From Callorhinchus milii (lineage: Eukaryota), in contig NW_024704742.1 of NCBI RefSeq assembly GCF_018977255.1, positions 29,266,001 to 29,330,000 of the forward strand: a stretch of 64,000 nucleotides of DNA, written 5' to 3'. This document shows, piece after piece, positions 1 through 13,297 of this stretch. Under the pieces are notes generated by a model. That model was given only the letters and a program-made list of their open reading frames with translations, had not been told where the DNA came from and did no database searches. The first letter of the stretch is position 1; every line of letters begins with the position of its first letter. The position numbers were made by a program, and so were the translations under genes.

Positions 1-205
1 CATTAAGCAATCCCTTTAGTTAAACTAAATGAGGGGCCACTATATTCCTATATTTTTAATAGAGGACATTTATTATTGGAACTGAGCCATAAACTGGGGG
101 TGGAAGTTGTGCTTTTTTTTGCGCTTTTCAAAGAGCCGGCGCAAACTCGATGGGCCGAATGGCCTTTTTTTGTGCTGTATGGTTCTATGATTCTATGATT
201 CTATG
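1..205 (+). mobile_element. CR1-type 3' tail
   Basis: GATGGGCCGAATGGCCT...TGTGCTGTA followed by (ATTCTATG)n. Confidence 0.75.
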
Positions 206-455
206 TATGTGGACTGCTGTGCATGTTTAGTGTGAGTGTAATGCATATGCATGTGTAAGTCTATGTATAGGAGTATATGAGTTGTGTATAATTATGTTTA
301 CATGTGTGAATATGCATGTATGTTTATGTTTCTGATCCATGTATGTGCAAAACATAGATTAGACCCATGTTTGTGCATGGGTGTAATCTATGGATGTGCT
401 GTGTGTGCATGTTGTAAGTGGGAATGCATGTTGGAATTGTGTGCATACATATGTT
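205..455 (+). repeat. Degenerate (TG/TA)-rich low-complexity tract
   Basis: Runs of gtgt/atgt/gcat following a CR1-type (ATTCTATG)n tail. Confidence 0.8.
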
Positions 456-2042
456 TCTCCAATTAAAAGTGCTATTACAGAGCTCAGATGTTTTTAATTT
501 CATGTCAGACTCCAAAGAAGTCAGATTAATGGCATAAAGTTTCACCCAACTGCTCTAAGGCACTAAGTTTCCTGTATCTTTGCATTACTATATTACCTAT
601 CATAATAATTAAGCAGAGTTCTGGATGTTCTGCAGCTTGTGGAGGGAAAAGTTGGGGAGACCGGCAAGGAGGGAGTTTCCGTAGTCGAGCCTTGAGGGGA
701 CAAATGCAGGTATGAGGGTTTAGATCGTACCTAGAATAAATATTTTTGATGTTCCCTTGTTTCAGGCAGTCGCTAATCCATCGTCAGAAGAACTAATTCC
801 CACTTTGCAACGTAAAGCTGCCTTTCTTTCACCTTCAGTTCTGAACAAATACTATTATTACCAAGCACCAGCAAATGCCAACAACTTGAAAATCAAGCTG
901 AATTTTAGTAAATTACCCAACATCACCTGCACATTAATAACTGTAATAAGTCATATTCACACAAATGACAAGCTGTTCTATTAAATGCCTTGTTGGGAGA
1001 GTGCTAGTTTTAATCATAGTCATGCTGCAGAATTTCAGTAAGGTCTCCACTGCCATCTACTGGGACTTTCCTCCCATTTGCTTTCGTACATAGCCAAATG
1101 GCCAGGAAAAATTGGAGGGGTTACTTGTCGTGACAATACGTTAATGCGAATGGGTGTAAAGAGTAAATGAGGAGGGAGGAGAGTCAGGAGAATTGTTAAG
1201 AGCCTGCTGCTATCATACTTATTTTCTTAGCTCCTCAGCTCTTTCCCATGTCACCCCAACCCATCACCAACACTAGCTGGGGAGCTCAATCAGCCATCAA
1301 TGCCCTCCCAATAAATAAAAATAACCTTTAGATTTGATATGGCACGTTTCACCTCGGGAGGATATCTCAAAGCGCTTCACAGGATTTGCTGTAAAGTGGA
1401 GTGACTTGGGACATCCTCCTGACGTGAAAGGCACTCTATAAATGTAAGTTTGTTATTGTTGTTGACTGTATGTTTTGTGGGTGAATGTAAAATATAATTG
1501 CAAATTGTTTTTATTTAAGGTGGATGTTAAGGGACATCTACCCACTTGATGTTACAGGATTACTGTGCTCCTCGGGGAGGGGCTCCTTGAAGCTGAAGTG
1601 GCTCCACGGTGATGTGCTTGGAAACAGAATGTCAGAATCGAGTCAACCCACTTTGGGTAGTCCAGTTCCTGAGCTAAATTGGCCCGCAGTACTCCAGGGC
1701 ACTGCTGAAAACAGAGACTATCAAGGTTCATTGGCAGGACTTCCTACTTGACTTCAGTTAATCTGCAAGCCAAAGCCCTAATAAGTAGGGTGGGTCTAGC
1801 TCATCAGAGGGGATACTTGCCAGAAGTGCTCTCCAGAGCAAACAATGCGGTTTTAGCTGGTTAAACTCTAGCAGTACCCCAAGGCACAATTTAGGGTCCC
1901 CAAGCTTGTGCTCTTGCCAGTCCATGCTTATTGCTCTTGTTTTAAGTAAGGGTGGACCCTCCAGGGAGAGAGTGCACATTTCATTCCAGATACAGAGAAA
2001 TTCCATGCATAGATGGGATACAATTTGCAGCAAACAAAAACA

Positions 2043-2345
2043 TTGGGCAAGTTTCCTTGCTCCACACTACTCTGTTTACCTAACAGTAGGTAGGAACCCG
2101 GTTGTTAGTCAATTGGCGGATCTCTTTTCCAGGGGTAATAATTCCTTCAAAAATAGATATATATATAATGAAAATTGTTCACTCAATCCACGACTGTGTG
2201 TGGACACTGCTGTGCACAATTGGCTGCCACGTTTCACCCACAAAATATACAGTCAATTCACTTTACAGTATATTCTGTGAAGCGCTTTGAGACATTTCAA
2301 AGACATGATAAGGCGCAATATCAAATGCAAGGATTATTATTATTA
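2043..2345 (+). mobile_element. Same SINE (long variant), head truncated
   Basis: Starts TTGGGCAAGTTTCC; core and tail followed by (TA)n. Confidence 0.88.
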
Positions 2346-4329
2346 TATATATATATATATATATGTGGAGCTCTCAGTCTGCTTTGCGTATGCTTGGTGA
2401 AGGATTTCTTCATGTGTCAGAAACCCAACTGACGAAAACAAAATTGTGAAGCTTTGCTCCTATTTCTCGTGCCTTATATTGCGCTCCCCATGCAAATTCA
2501 TCTGAAAATATCAAATTAATTAGCTGCTCTTGTTGTGGTTTGTGGGTCATTGCTGGTTCAAATTAGCTATCATGTTTGCCTACGTAATAATATGCACTTC
2601 ATCTCTAATTAAACTCATTCTGTAAAGCGCTTTGAGATGCTTCTTTTACATGAAAAGTGTGTCAAATTGTAAATGTAAAAACAAATTGTATTTGCTACTC
2701 AAAATGCTCCACAAACAGTATTTGTTTAAATATTTCCAAGAGAATGTTTAAACAATTTTTTAATGCCAGAGTATTTCACTTGCTATTCTTGTTCACCTTT
2801 CCGAAATCTGTGCTGGTAACAAAGTCTAGCGACTGTGTTGATGGTTGAGGCAAGGCACAGAATGTTAACTCCACATCCCTGGGAACGCACGGTTGCAGTA
2901 CAGTCCAGATCACTTTTTAATCTTCCTGGCTCTGTGAATCCATTATACAGTGGGAGATTACAACAGCTCATGTTGAGTTTGGGCTTGTGTCTGCTGCACT
3001 GGGAGGCACCCAGGGATATAAGGAAGGGGAATCAAACCTTAGCAAGAGAAGATAGCATTGTTTTTGCTTGTTGTAGCCATGCTGAGAGACACGGCTTACA
3101 GATCTGAATATCAGAAAGGATTCCTCAGAGTGTTCACCCTTGCCAGTGGCTAGGCAATTCATAGCATCGCTATACTCCCAACTCATGGGATTGTTCATCG
3201 AGAGGCAACATGAGTCAGCCCTAGGTGAGTGGAAGCACTGAGCTGGACACCTGTTTCGCTCAGCATCCTTCTATATGCAACCATCAGACTACAACTGCCT
3301 TCCTATAGCATTAAGTGATAATGACCCTTGGATTTGATATAGCGCATTTACTTAACGCCCTGCACATAAGGTAGCGTCTTGGAGCATTGAATGGGTTTGG
3401 ATGTGATAGTTATCACCAGTGATAATCATGAACGGAATGGCACATTTTTCACTCCAATTGTCTTAAAATCTAGCATGCGGGTCACATGCATGGATAAGTT
3501 AATCAACCATTATATTCCTATGTGTCCATCTCGTCCCCACCGAAGGTCCCACGTCTTACTGGAACACTGTTCTCTTATTGTTCAGCTTTACGTCATGAGG
3601 GGAGTTATTCAGTGGCAGGAAGTAGGGTGGGGTGGGGAGCGAGGAGGATAGGCCTGGTAAGAGTGCTACAGAAGAGAACTGAGTACCAAGAGGGAGCCTC
3701 GTGAGTAACCACTGTGCGTGCCAGCCAGCCTTGTGGCTTCTCTCAGTGAGACTGACAGTTCCATGTTGAATAAACAAATTAGTATTTAACACACATGTCT
3801 TTCATTTAACAGGATAGCTGAGCGGTCTTGATCAGATTATGCTGTAAACTTATACAGTTTATTAGCTGCAATGCTGGTGTTCCAGAAAGCAGGGAGAAGC
3901 TAAACGTTCTGCGGAGGAGTGCCAATGTAAGTGCTGTAAATTGATCCAGATCAAATAAATGAAGTACTTCAGCTGCCTGTAAGATTGGTAACAGCGAATA
4001 TAGACAGGGCCAATTAAACCCAGGCACCTTGTGCAATAAATCTTTCCTTCTACCTTCATACAGATGGGTCCTGGCAGCAGATCAGAGGAACATCACCTTT
4101 CCATTCCACATATTACAGTTTCAGGTACAACACCAATGCTATGTCTGTCTGCAGGCTGACATCCTCTGGACTGGAAAGGCTTGGTGTGGCACAGTCCAAC
4201 CCATAGTCTCCTAGCCCACCACCACTGAGTACTAACTGCTACCAGAAGATGTGCTACTCTCAAGCCCAGCGGGTCATTAAGGAGAGTGTAAAAGAACATA
4301 TCACCCCAGCTCCAATCTTATGAAGGGTC

Positions 4330-4735
4330 TAACAATACATTTATATTGTGCCCTTCACATCAGGAGGACATCTCAAAGTGTTTCATGGAAAATACTGCAA
4401 CGTTCAGTGATTGTGTATTTTGCAGGCAAACACAGCAGCCATTTTGCACACAATCAGTAAGTGAATAATCAATTTTATCCAGTTGTTGGCTACGGTACCA
4501 GGGGAAGCTCCCTTCTCTTTTAGAGCATTGCGGTGGTATCTTTAACATCCACCTGTCCAGGTAGATGAGACCTCAGTTTAACGTGTCACCCGAAGGACAA
4601 CACTGCCAACAATGCAGCATTGCACTAGTGTGTCTGCCTAGACTATGGGTTTTAAGTCCAGATGTGGAGACCGATGTGGGGCTTGAACTCACAACCTTTT
4701 CACGCTGAGGTAAGAGTGCTACCAACTTTGCTGGG
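4330..4735 (-). mobile_element. Older tRNA-headed SINE family; further copies near 11980-12320, 13450-14000, 16105-16350, 22040-22450, 56860-57190
   Basis: Shared GGCTCAGTTGGTAGCACTCT...GGTTCAAGYCCCAC head, GATGAGAYGTTAAAC central motif and L2-like tail; copies are highly diverged. Confidence 0.7.
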
Positions 4736-5150
4736 CTCAATGACAGACTGACACAGTGTACCTGCTTTTGCACAGTTTTGTCACTTTCATCACAATACAA
4801 TTAGTAAAACAATTACATCGAGGTCTAAAACACGACCATTTTGAAACACAATTCTTTAAATAAACAGAGGTGTATTCAACAACATTAACAAAATTACATT
4901 TGTATAGCGCCTTTCACATCGGGTGGATGTTCCATATTCAGGCATCTCCTGTGAGTCAGCGTGATGTACTTCCAATTACATATTCTTACTTACAGATATG
5001 TCATTTGTATTGGGAGCTCTTATACCAATAGAGACACGGTTGAGAACACCCTGTACCCTGAGGATATTCCCGACATTAAAAAAGTTGCTTGGCACTCACA
5101 GAGGCTCAAAATGTCACCAGGTTTTAGCGTATTATTTAGTTCTAACCGTA

Positions 5151-5636
5151 CAGTATCGTCCCTGAGCACTTACAAATAAACGTAATGCAATTCCATCTTA
5201 CAAATAACATTGAATTATGAACATAACATCAAATCATAAATGTAAAATTGGATTGCAATTATTTCTTAGGGACAGTTTCAGCGAACAGAAAATTCATCTT
5301 AAGGTCTTAGCCTTAAGACCATTGTCGTGAAATTTAGCATCACGCAAAATTTTTGCTAAATTTTTAAATTCAGGCTCTTTTTGGAAGCCAGCTTTCTGCA
5401 ATTCAGCAGGAAAAACAATTTGCAAATAAAGGCAAGATTTAAGAATTCTCCCAAATTCTGCTCACTCTTACATTTTAAGACAATGAATTTTGGCTCTCTG
5501 TCCCTGTACACCGTTCCTTAGAAATAATTGCAATCCAATTTTTACACATATAATTAAATGTTACATTTATAATGTAACGTTATTTGTAAGTTGAAATTGT
5601 ATTACGTTTATTTCTAAGAGCACAGGGAGAATATTT
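5151..5636. mobile_element. MITE with ~115-120-bp terminal inverted repeats
   Basis: 5160-5273 is the reverse complement of ~5513-5627 (CCCTGAGCACTTACAAATAAACGTAAT... / ...ATTACGTTTATTTCTAAGAGCACAGGG). The left end TA|CAGTA is Tc1/mariner-like. Confidence 0.85.
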
Positions 5637-6435
5637 AACAAATTGAATGCAGTGGTAGATTGGCTGACATTAACAAATTGACTACCTGGAGCATACAGAG
5701 CAGAACGGCCTCCTCTGAGCCTTGCTTTTATGCTTCACATTTCTGGAACATGGTTTCTCACAGGAGCTTTGATAGAAAGATCCTCAACTGTTAAAATACG
5801 CTGATGGGTGGACGTATGGGAATACATCACTTGGTACCATCATCATTTGTAACCCTTGCACAACTGCTAGTGGCGCTGTCAATGTAATGCTCCAAAACTA
5901 GGAGTTACTAAGACTGTGTTTTAGTGATTGACAGCCCTGAAGATTCTGGCATTGTGCACGAAAAAGGAGAATCTGCCTTTCACCAGTTATATATTTTTTT
6001 GGGTGGAGGGGGGGAATTGTTGGCCAGCATACTAGTCTCCTGGCCAACAATCCCCTCAAATAAAACTGGTCATTCACTACATGGCTATTTGTGGGACTTT
6101 GCTGTGTGCAAATTGCCTTCCACATTCGACTGCACAATACAGTCACTACACTTTAATAATATATCCTATGAAGTGCTTTGAGGTGTTCTTTTGATGGGAA
6201 AGGCAGTACTGTATCTCAAATGCAAGGATTATTTTATCATTATTTTATTCTATCCCCTATTCAAGGGGCTGCGAGGATTTTGCTTTTTGGGAGCTTTTAA
6301 TTTGAATGGTTATATCTTTCTTTTAATGCCTGGGACCCACCATGTTGCCCTCAAATGAGATCACGCCCAGGGTATGTTTGATGCCCATCAAGACAGCCAG
6401 GACATGAGCCTAGGGCTTCCCTTCAACTTGGCTCC

Positions 6436-6912
6436 ACAACAACAACAACAAAATTACATTTGTATAGCACCTTTCACGTCGGGAGGACGTCCCATAGCAC
6501 TGGAGAATCAGTGTTTCGGACCCGAGCTGGGGGTTGGGATCAGGGAGGGCAAGGGGCAGGGTGGAAAGGAGGGTGACCAAAGGCACAGTCGAAGAGGAGG
6601 ATCTTGAGATGGGTCTTGAAGGAGGCAAGGGAAGGGGCGAGGCAGAGGGACTACGGGATGGAGTTCCCAAGTGTGGGTGCTGAGAGGCTGAAGGCCCGCC
6701 CACCAATGGTGGGGCGAACGAGGCAGGGGAAGTGAAGCAGGCCAGAGCCCACTGAGCGGAGGGAGCGAACAGGGTGATAGGGGGTCAGGAGATTGCAGAG
6801 GTAGGGGGAGTAAGGTTATGGAGGGCTTTGAAAGTGAGGACCAGGATTTTGAACTGTATCCTCTGTGATTTGGGAAGCCGGTGGAGTCAGGCGAGGGTGG
6901 GGGTGATAGATT
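6436..6912 (-). mobile_element. L2 LINE 3' fragment
   Basis: Reverse complement of the same L2 3' end, with (CAA)n tail at 6436. Confidence 0.92.
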
Positions 6913-8399
6913 GAGTGCATCTGGAGCAAAACCAGTTATTTCTAACGTGTCACTGTGCAACACAGCAGAGGGGCTTGGAAGTGTTATGTTAAAAAAAATG
7001 CTGCGTGAGCTTAAATGAACAGCAATTGGGCCGAAAGGGTAGAAATCCTGGAATCACAAACCTGTCAGAGGTTTGCCTTTTTTAATCTTGAGAATGCAGG
7101 ATTTTGTTTTCCGTGTGGAACAGAATGAATTCATTAGAAACCGTACACCAGAGAATGTAACCACCTCCACCAGCTTTTCCTCTGGCTGTTTTATAATTAC
7201 ACATTAATTTTGTAATGCTACAGTTCTCCTCCCTCCCCTTTCCTGAGACGTGTCTCGCTGCTGTGCAGAGTAATGATGACTCTGCTCCTCCGGTTCCAGT
7301 GTAGCAGGCCGATGACAAACCTGATACATATTGATAAATGATAATCCACACTTCAAACCCTCATAAAACAGCTGTCGACTTCAAAAAGCTTCAATGCCAT
7401 TGATAAATATCTTTGTATCGCGAGAGCGAGGCCTTTTTGCTGGCAAACCCTGTATTTGACTTCACTGCTAGAGCTGTCGGGAGAGCCAGACTTGCCCACC
7501 ACGGGGCCCTTTTAGGAAAGAATCCTTTACTTTATAATTTGGATAAAAATGAAAGGAGAAGGGGGAAAGCAAAAATGGTTATCACTTTCTATTGAATATC
7601 ACTCTGCTGGTTGAGTGATACGTGTTCTGTGAGCTGATGGCTTGTTCCTATTTTTAATCCATTTGGCCTTGATTCATCACACAACTGTACTCAATAGTGG
7701 GGCCTGTCACATGCCGGTGGCTATTGCTAGCGATCTTTTCATCATGTGTTTATCAAGGGAATTCCCACTGTGTTGAGAGGGTGAGGGGGAACAATAGGGA
7801 GATGTGTAATGATAATAATAATAATAATAATAATAATGATCCTTGCATTCGATATAGCGCCTTAACACTTCATTGAGATGTCTCAAAGCACTTGACAGAA
7901 TATGCTGTAAAGTTACAGGTTTGTGGGACTTCACAAAATATACAGTCACTACACTTTACAGTATATTTTGTGAAGTGCTTTGAGATGTCTAGAAGACATG
8001 AAAAGAGCTATATCAAATGCAAGGATTAACTGTATATTTTGTGAGAGATATGCGACAGCCAATTCCCCAAACCAATGTCCCACAAACAGTCGCGGATTGA
8101 GTGACCAAATTATTATTATTACTTTAATGTGATATGATCAAATCAATCAAAAATATGGAGGTTAATATTTATCACTCCAAGAGGTGAGGGAGAGAAAAGA
8201 GTCACCTTAACACCAGTGATAACTATTGGATTCTTTTGATTACACTTTTGAACGATGTGATAATTATCACTGCTGTTAATAGCACATGACACCCTCCTTC
8301 TCGCAAAAACAACCTGTAACTCGGGTTAACACTCAGTGGGTGATACCACAATGGCACAATACTCCTACACTGCAGAAAATGAAGGGCCTGAAGTTAGAA

Positions 8400-8707
8400 G
8401 AATAATCCTTGCATTTGATATAGCGCTTTTCATGTCTTCTAGACGTCTCAAAGCGCTTCACAGAATATACTAGTAAAGTGTAGTGACTGTATATTTTGTG
8501 GGCAAAACGCGGCAACCAATTGTGCACAGCATTGTCCCACAAACAGTTGTGGATTGAGTGACCAAATTGTTATTGATTTTTTTCTTGAGGGATTATTATC
8601 AGGCGTGTGGAGTTAGGAAACTTGCCCAAGGTTTCACCCTGCCAGGAATCGAACCAGGGTCTCTCACTTGCGAGGTGAGTGCTCTAACCACTGAGCTATA
8701 GGACTCC
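8400..8707 (-). mobile_element. Same SINE (short variant), full length
   Basis: Head at 8637-8707 and tail at 8400. Confidence 0.9.
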
Positions 8708-8779
8708 TACATACTATTAAACCTTTCCCATGATGAACATCACGTGAGGATAGAGCTGGATGCACCAGAACAGTAAAAG

Positions 8780-8985
8780 TAGAGGATACGGGTTTAGTGT
8801 TGTGAATGTCAAATTCAGGATAGACACCAGGAAGTTTTTCTTTATTCACAGAGTAATTAACTACTGGGACAGGCTATTAGGAAGGATGGTTGGGGACTCA
8901 TTTAAAAGGCAGCTTGATGCTGTAGTGGGAGGACGGTATGTTGAGTGTTTTGCAAAGATTAGATCAGATGGGCCTAACCAATCTT
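8780..8985 (+). mobile_element. Old CR1 3' fragment
   Basis: FRIDTRKFFFIHRVINYWDRL...FKRQLD is a CR1 RT C-terminus. Confidence 0.75.
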
Positions 8986-11388
8986 GCGATTTTCTCCCTA
9001 GGCTCGACTGTGGTGTTCACAATGAACTGCGTTCCATATCCCCATCATCTCTCAGCTTGATCAGCGCAAAATTCATCAAAATAAATCTTGTGGCAATAAC
9101 GCCGCCAATCCCTGACACACTGAAATGACTGTCTTACACAGAAGTTATCATAACTCAAATTCGATGGAGGGAACAAGAGAAAGTGACACATGAACCAGAA
9201 TCCTAAATCTATTATCTTGTGAAAAGTAAGAGAAACAACAGAACTGGTAGTTGTATTATTTTAATCTACAGAATGTGACATTTAATTAGATACTTCAGCA
9301 CCCACATAACTTCTCATCCTCCAGGGCATCTGTGTAAAGTGATTTTTGGTGCCATGTTCAATTCAGCTGTCCCATTGATGTGAACTATTGTTTTTGTCTG
9401 AAATCCTGTAAACGTTAAAAATATGTAACTATCAGAAAATGATTATCAGAATGTTCTGGATAAGGAGAGAGAAATGAGAGCAGAGCACAATATTGAAGCA
9501 CACGTCATGTCGAAAAGTGCTTTGTTCTGTCTGGCGTGTTATTTATCTGCTGCTGCATTAGTTAGCACAATTCACAGGGGCAAAATAATAATAATAATAA
9601 TAATAGAACAATTCTTGCACTTTATATAGCCCATCATTTGATATAGCAAACATTACGCCACACGTCAGCAAATCTTGAAGTCTGCAAAGGTGCCCTTAGT
9701 ATTCAATGAGAAGAAAAAGCTGAATATGAGGCAGTCAGGATTTCATCAACAACCACCAGGTTCAGCATGACAATTATAATAGAATAATCTTTGGATTGGA
9801 TATAGTGCCTGTAACATTGAAATGGTTCAAAGCACTTTACATAGAATTGCTGTCAAGTGTAGTGACTGTGCATTGTGGGCGAACATAGCAGTCAATTTGC
9901 GCAGAGCAATGTCCCACGAAGATTCGTGAAGAGATGAACCAATTTATCTGAGGATTATAAGGCAGTACAAATGTCCTCTTTTTGAATAGTGTCATGAGAT
10001 CTTTAGTGTTTACCTAAAGACGCAAAGAAAAATAAGTGTGTCAGAGATTGAAGGGAGAAAGATCGGAGACAGGGAATGAGACAAAGACAGAACTGGGAAA
10101 AAAGAGAAAAATAATGAGAGAGATTAGAATATATATAATTAAGTTTGAATATGATTTGGGTGTGTGTTTGGGCAATGGCAGCTTTTTTAACAGCATTTCT
10201 TTGTCAAAGGTCCATTTGTGTTTGCTAGCCTCCCTTGCCCCCATCCCTCCACCCCCAATAAAACAGTCTTTCCTCTAAACAATGGTGTCTTTGAGCTCTC
10301 GTGTGCAGAAGACAGTCAGCCAGACATCACCGACTCTTAGAAGCTGGCACAGCACTTCATAGTGCCTAGCAACACATATGAAACTAGTACAAGCTCTGTA
10401 TCAAATTCTTACTGAAAGCTTTCCCCACATGCTCCAGGAGAAAGGAGGCTACAGAGAATCAGACAAACTGTCCTAAAACTGCCAGAAATATCATCGTTTG
10501 GGCTAAGGCATAGACTCAATTACTGAGACTGTCGAGGCTTTTTTTTTGATATTCATCCTTAGCTAAAGTGTAAATTTATACAGAATTGCTAGACGCTACA
10601 GGGAGAGAAACCTGTCCACTCACTAGTACATCTCATGCTGCACTTTTAATCCTGTGAGCATATAAGCTTAGCACACATGCACACTTACGGAAATGGCTGT
10701 TGGTATTTTGTTCCCATTAAAGAAATGGCTGCATGTTTGGATTGTTACATATCACATATACAGGTCTCACCGAAAGTTCTTGGGCACCCAATATAATACA
10801 AAATTACATTTGCATAGTCCCTTTCACGTCAGGAGGACATCCCAAGGCGCTGGGGATAGCAAAATATCAAAGGAACATGGGAGACAAATTCTAGTTTGAT
10901 TTGCACCCACCAGGCTTGTACTATAGAGGATGCGACTCACTCACCCATTATCCACAGGCAGAGTCCAGTCCCATATGTATACAGAGAGGACACTCTACTT
11001 TTCTGCCTACACCCTTGACTCCAGGCCCAGTGCTGTTCTGATAGAAGTTCTGGATGAGCCTTACCTTTCTCCAACTTTATATTGACAGAACTAAGTCTAA
11101 CAGCTTGGCTCCTGTCAGCACCTCCTCTGCTCAATCGCTGATCGTATTGATCTCCCAAGTTGCTCAAACATTCAAACCTTTCTTCCAGCCTCTAACTAAA
11201 TCCGCCTTACTCCATCTCCAAAACATCTCCCATCTATTTCATGCATCCCAAAACTCTCATCCATGCTTTTGTCACCTCCAGACTCGAATTCTACAATGTC
11301 CTACTCTCTAGCCTGCCAGCTCCACCCACCAGTTTTCAGACTATCCAGAACTCAGCAGCACAGATCACCATTAAACTTAGAAACGGAG

Positions 11389-11606
11389 TACAGGTCACTT
11401 TTATCGGTGCTCTATAAAGTCTGGACAGGTCAGTATTATCGGTGCTGTATAAAGTCTGGACAGGTCAGTATTATCGGTGCTGTACAAAGTCTGGACAGGG
11501 TCAGTATTATCGGTGCTGTATAAAGTCTGGACAGGTCAGTATTATCGGTGCTGTATAAGGTCTGGACAGGTCAGTATTATCGGTGCTGTATAAGGTCTGG
11601 ACAGGT
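11389..11606 (+). repeat. 35-bp minisatellite, ~6 copies
   Basis: TTATCGGTGCTGTATAAAGTCTGGACAGGTCAGTA recurs at 11401, 11436, 11471, 11507, 11542 and 11577. Confidence 0.97.
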
Positions 11607-12414
11607 GACTTCTTGCTGTTGTGTTGTGCTGTGGAACAGCTGCCATGTCTCTCCTGTGACATCATGAATGAGAGCAGGTCACTACACTACACTACACTGC
11701 ACTGCACTGCCCACTCGTGATGTCAGAGCAGCAAAGGTACAAGCCCTCGGCCCAGAGATGTCTACCAACTGCGGTGCTCAGGCCTGGTGTAGAGGCATTA
11801 GAAGAAGCACAGATACCTTGCTGTCTTGTATTTAAGATTGTGGAGCGACTCAGCATAAGGTACTACCCCTTAGGTTTGTGGTTCCCTCCACAGTGGTCTC
11901 CTACCTATCTGTAAAGAAGCTGCAGTGATTGTTCTGTTATAACGGGTGATTCGCACTTGAAAGTTTGCTCTGGGCCAGTATAATAATAATCCTTGCCTTT
12001 GATAGAGCGCCTTCTCATATCATTGAGATTTTTCAATCGCTTCACAATTTTACTGAGTGTAGGGACTGTTTATTTTTTAGGCAATTATGGCAGCCAATTT
12101 GCACACAACAGTGTCTCACAAACCACCATGATGGGAATGACGAATTTTATCTGGGGCGTTGTTGATCTGGACCCCGGAGGAAATTCCCTTCTCTTTTTGA
12201 GTAGTGCCATAAGATTTTTATTGTCGGAACAGGTGAACAGGGCCTTGGTTTAATGTTGTGTCTGAAGGACGGCATCTTGGAATGTCATCCTCAACTATGA
12301 GGTCTGGTCCGAATGATGGGTGCCAGCATTTTGAGTCAGGTTTGGATGCAGTTGGAGAGGGAAATCTCAAAATGCATTTTAACAATATTCCTTAATTATT
12401 GTGAAGATATCAAA

Positions 12415-13297
12415 TCCTGGATGAGAACTAACTTTCTTCAGTTGAAAATAAGACCGAGGCCCTCCTGATTGGCTTCCGTCAGCGCTTCCTCACCTCAGGC
12501 GCTGACAGCATCACCATCCATGGTTGCACACTCCACCTTACTGAGCCAGTCCAGAACCTTGGGGTCTTCTTTGACCCTCAACTTTCCTTTCTACCCAACA
12601 TCTGCGCCATGACCCGCTCTGCCTTCCCCCACCCCTGCAACATTGCCCGGCTCCGCCACTGTCTCACACCGCAGGCCGCCGAAACCCTCATACACACCTT
12701 CATTACATCGAGGCTCGACTATGCAAACTCCCTGCTTGTCTGCCTCCCCAACTCCTCCCTCCACAGACTGCAAATCATCCAGAACTCTGCAGCCCGTGTC
12801 CTTTCCCGCACTAGGCTCCTCAACCTTATCACCCCCATCTTTGCCTATCTCCACTGGCTTCCCATCATACAGAGGATACAGTTCAAGATCCTGGTCCTCA
12901 CCTTCAAAGCGCTTCATGGTCTTGCTCCCCCCTACCTCTCCAACCTCCTAACCCCCTACCACCCTGTTTGCTCCCTCCACTCAGCGGGCTCTGGCCTGCT
13001 TCACATCCCCTGCCTTGTTCACTACACTATCGGCAGGCGGACCTTCCACCACTCTGCCCCCACCCTCTGGAACTCCATCCCGCAGTCCCTCCGTCTGGCC
13101 CTCTCCCTTGCCACCTTCAAGACCCACCACAAGACCCTCCTCTTCGACCGTGCTTTCGATCTCCTCGCTTCCCCCCCTGCCCTCCACCCTCCCCCACGCC
13201 GACCCCCAGCTCAGGTCCACAACTCTATCTATCCAACGCCTTGAGGAGTCCTCCCAACGTGAAAGTCACTATATAAATGTAATTTTGTTGTTGTTGT
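12415..13297 (+). mobile_element. L2 LINE 3' fragment
   Basis: AETLIHTFITSRLDYANSLL...LHWLPI..RIQFKIL...APTLWNSIP, followed by 3' UTR and (TTG)n tail. Confidence 0.95.

Noticed and set aside
11389..11606. CRISPR-like 35-bp repeat array
   Set aside because: Units are directly adjacent with no unique spacers, there are no cas genes, and the context is vertebrate.
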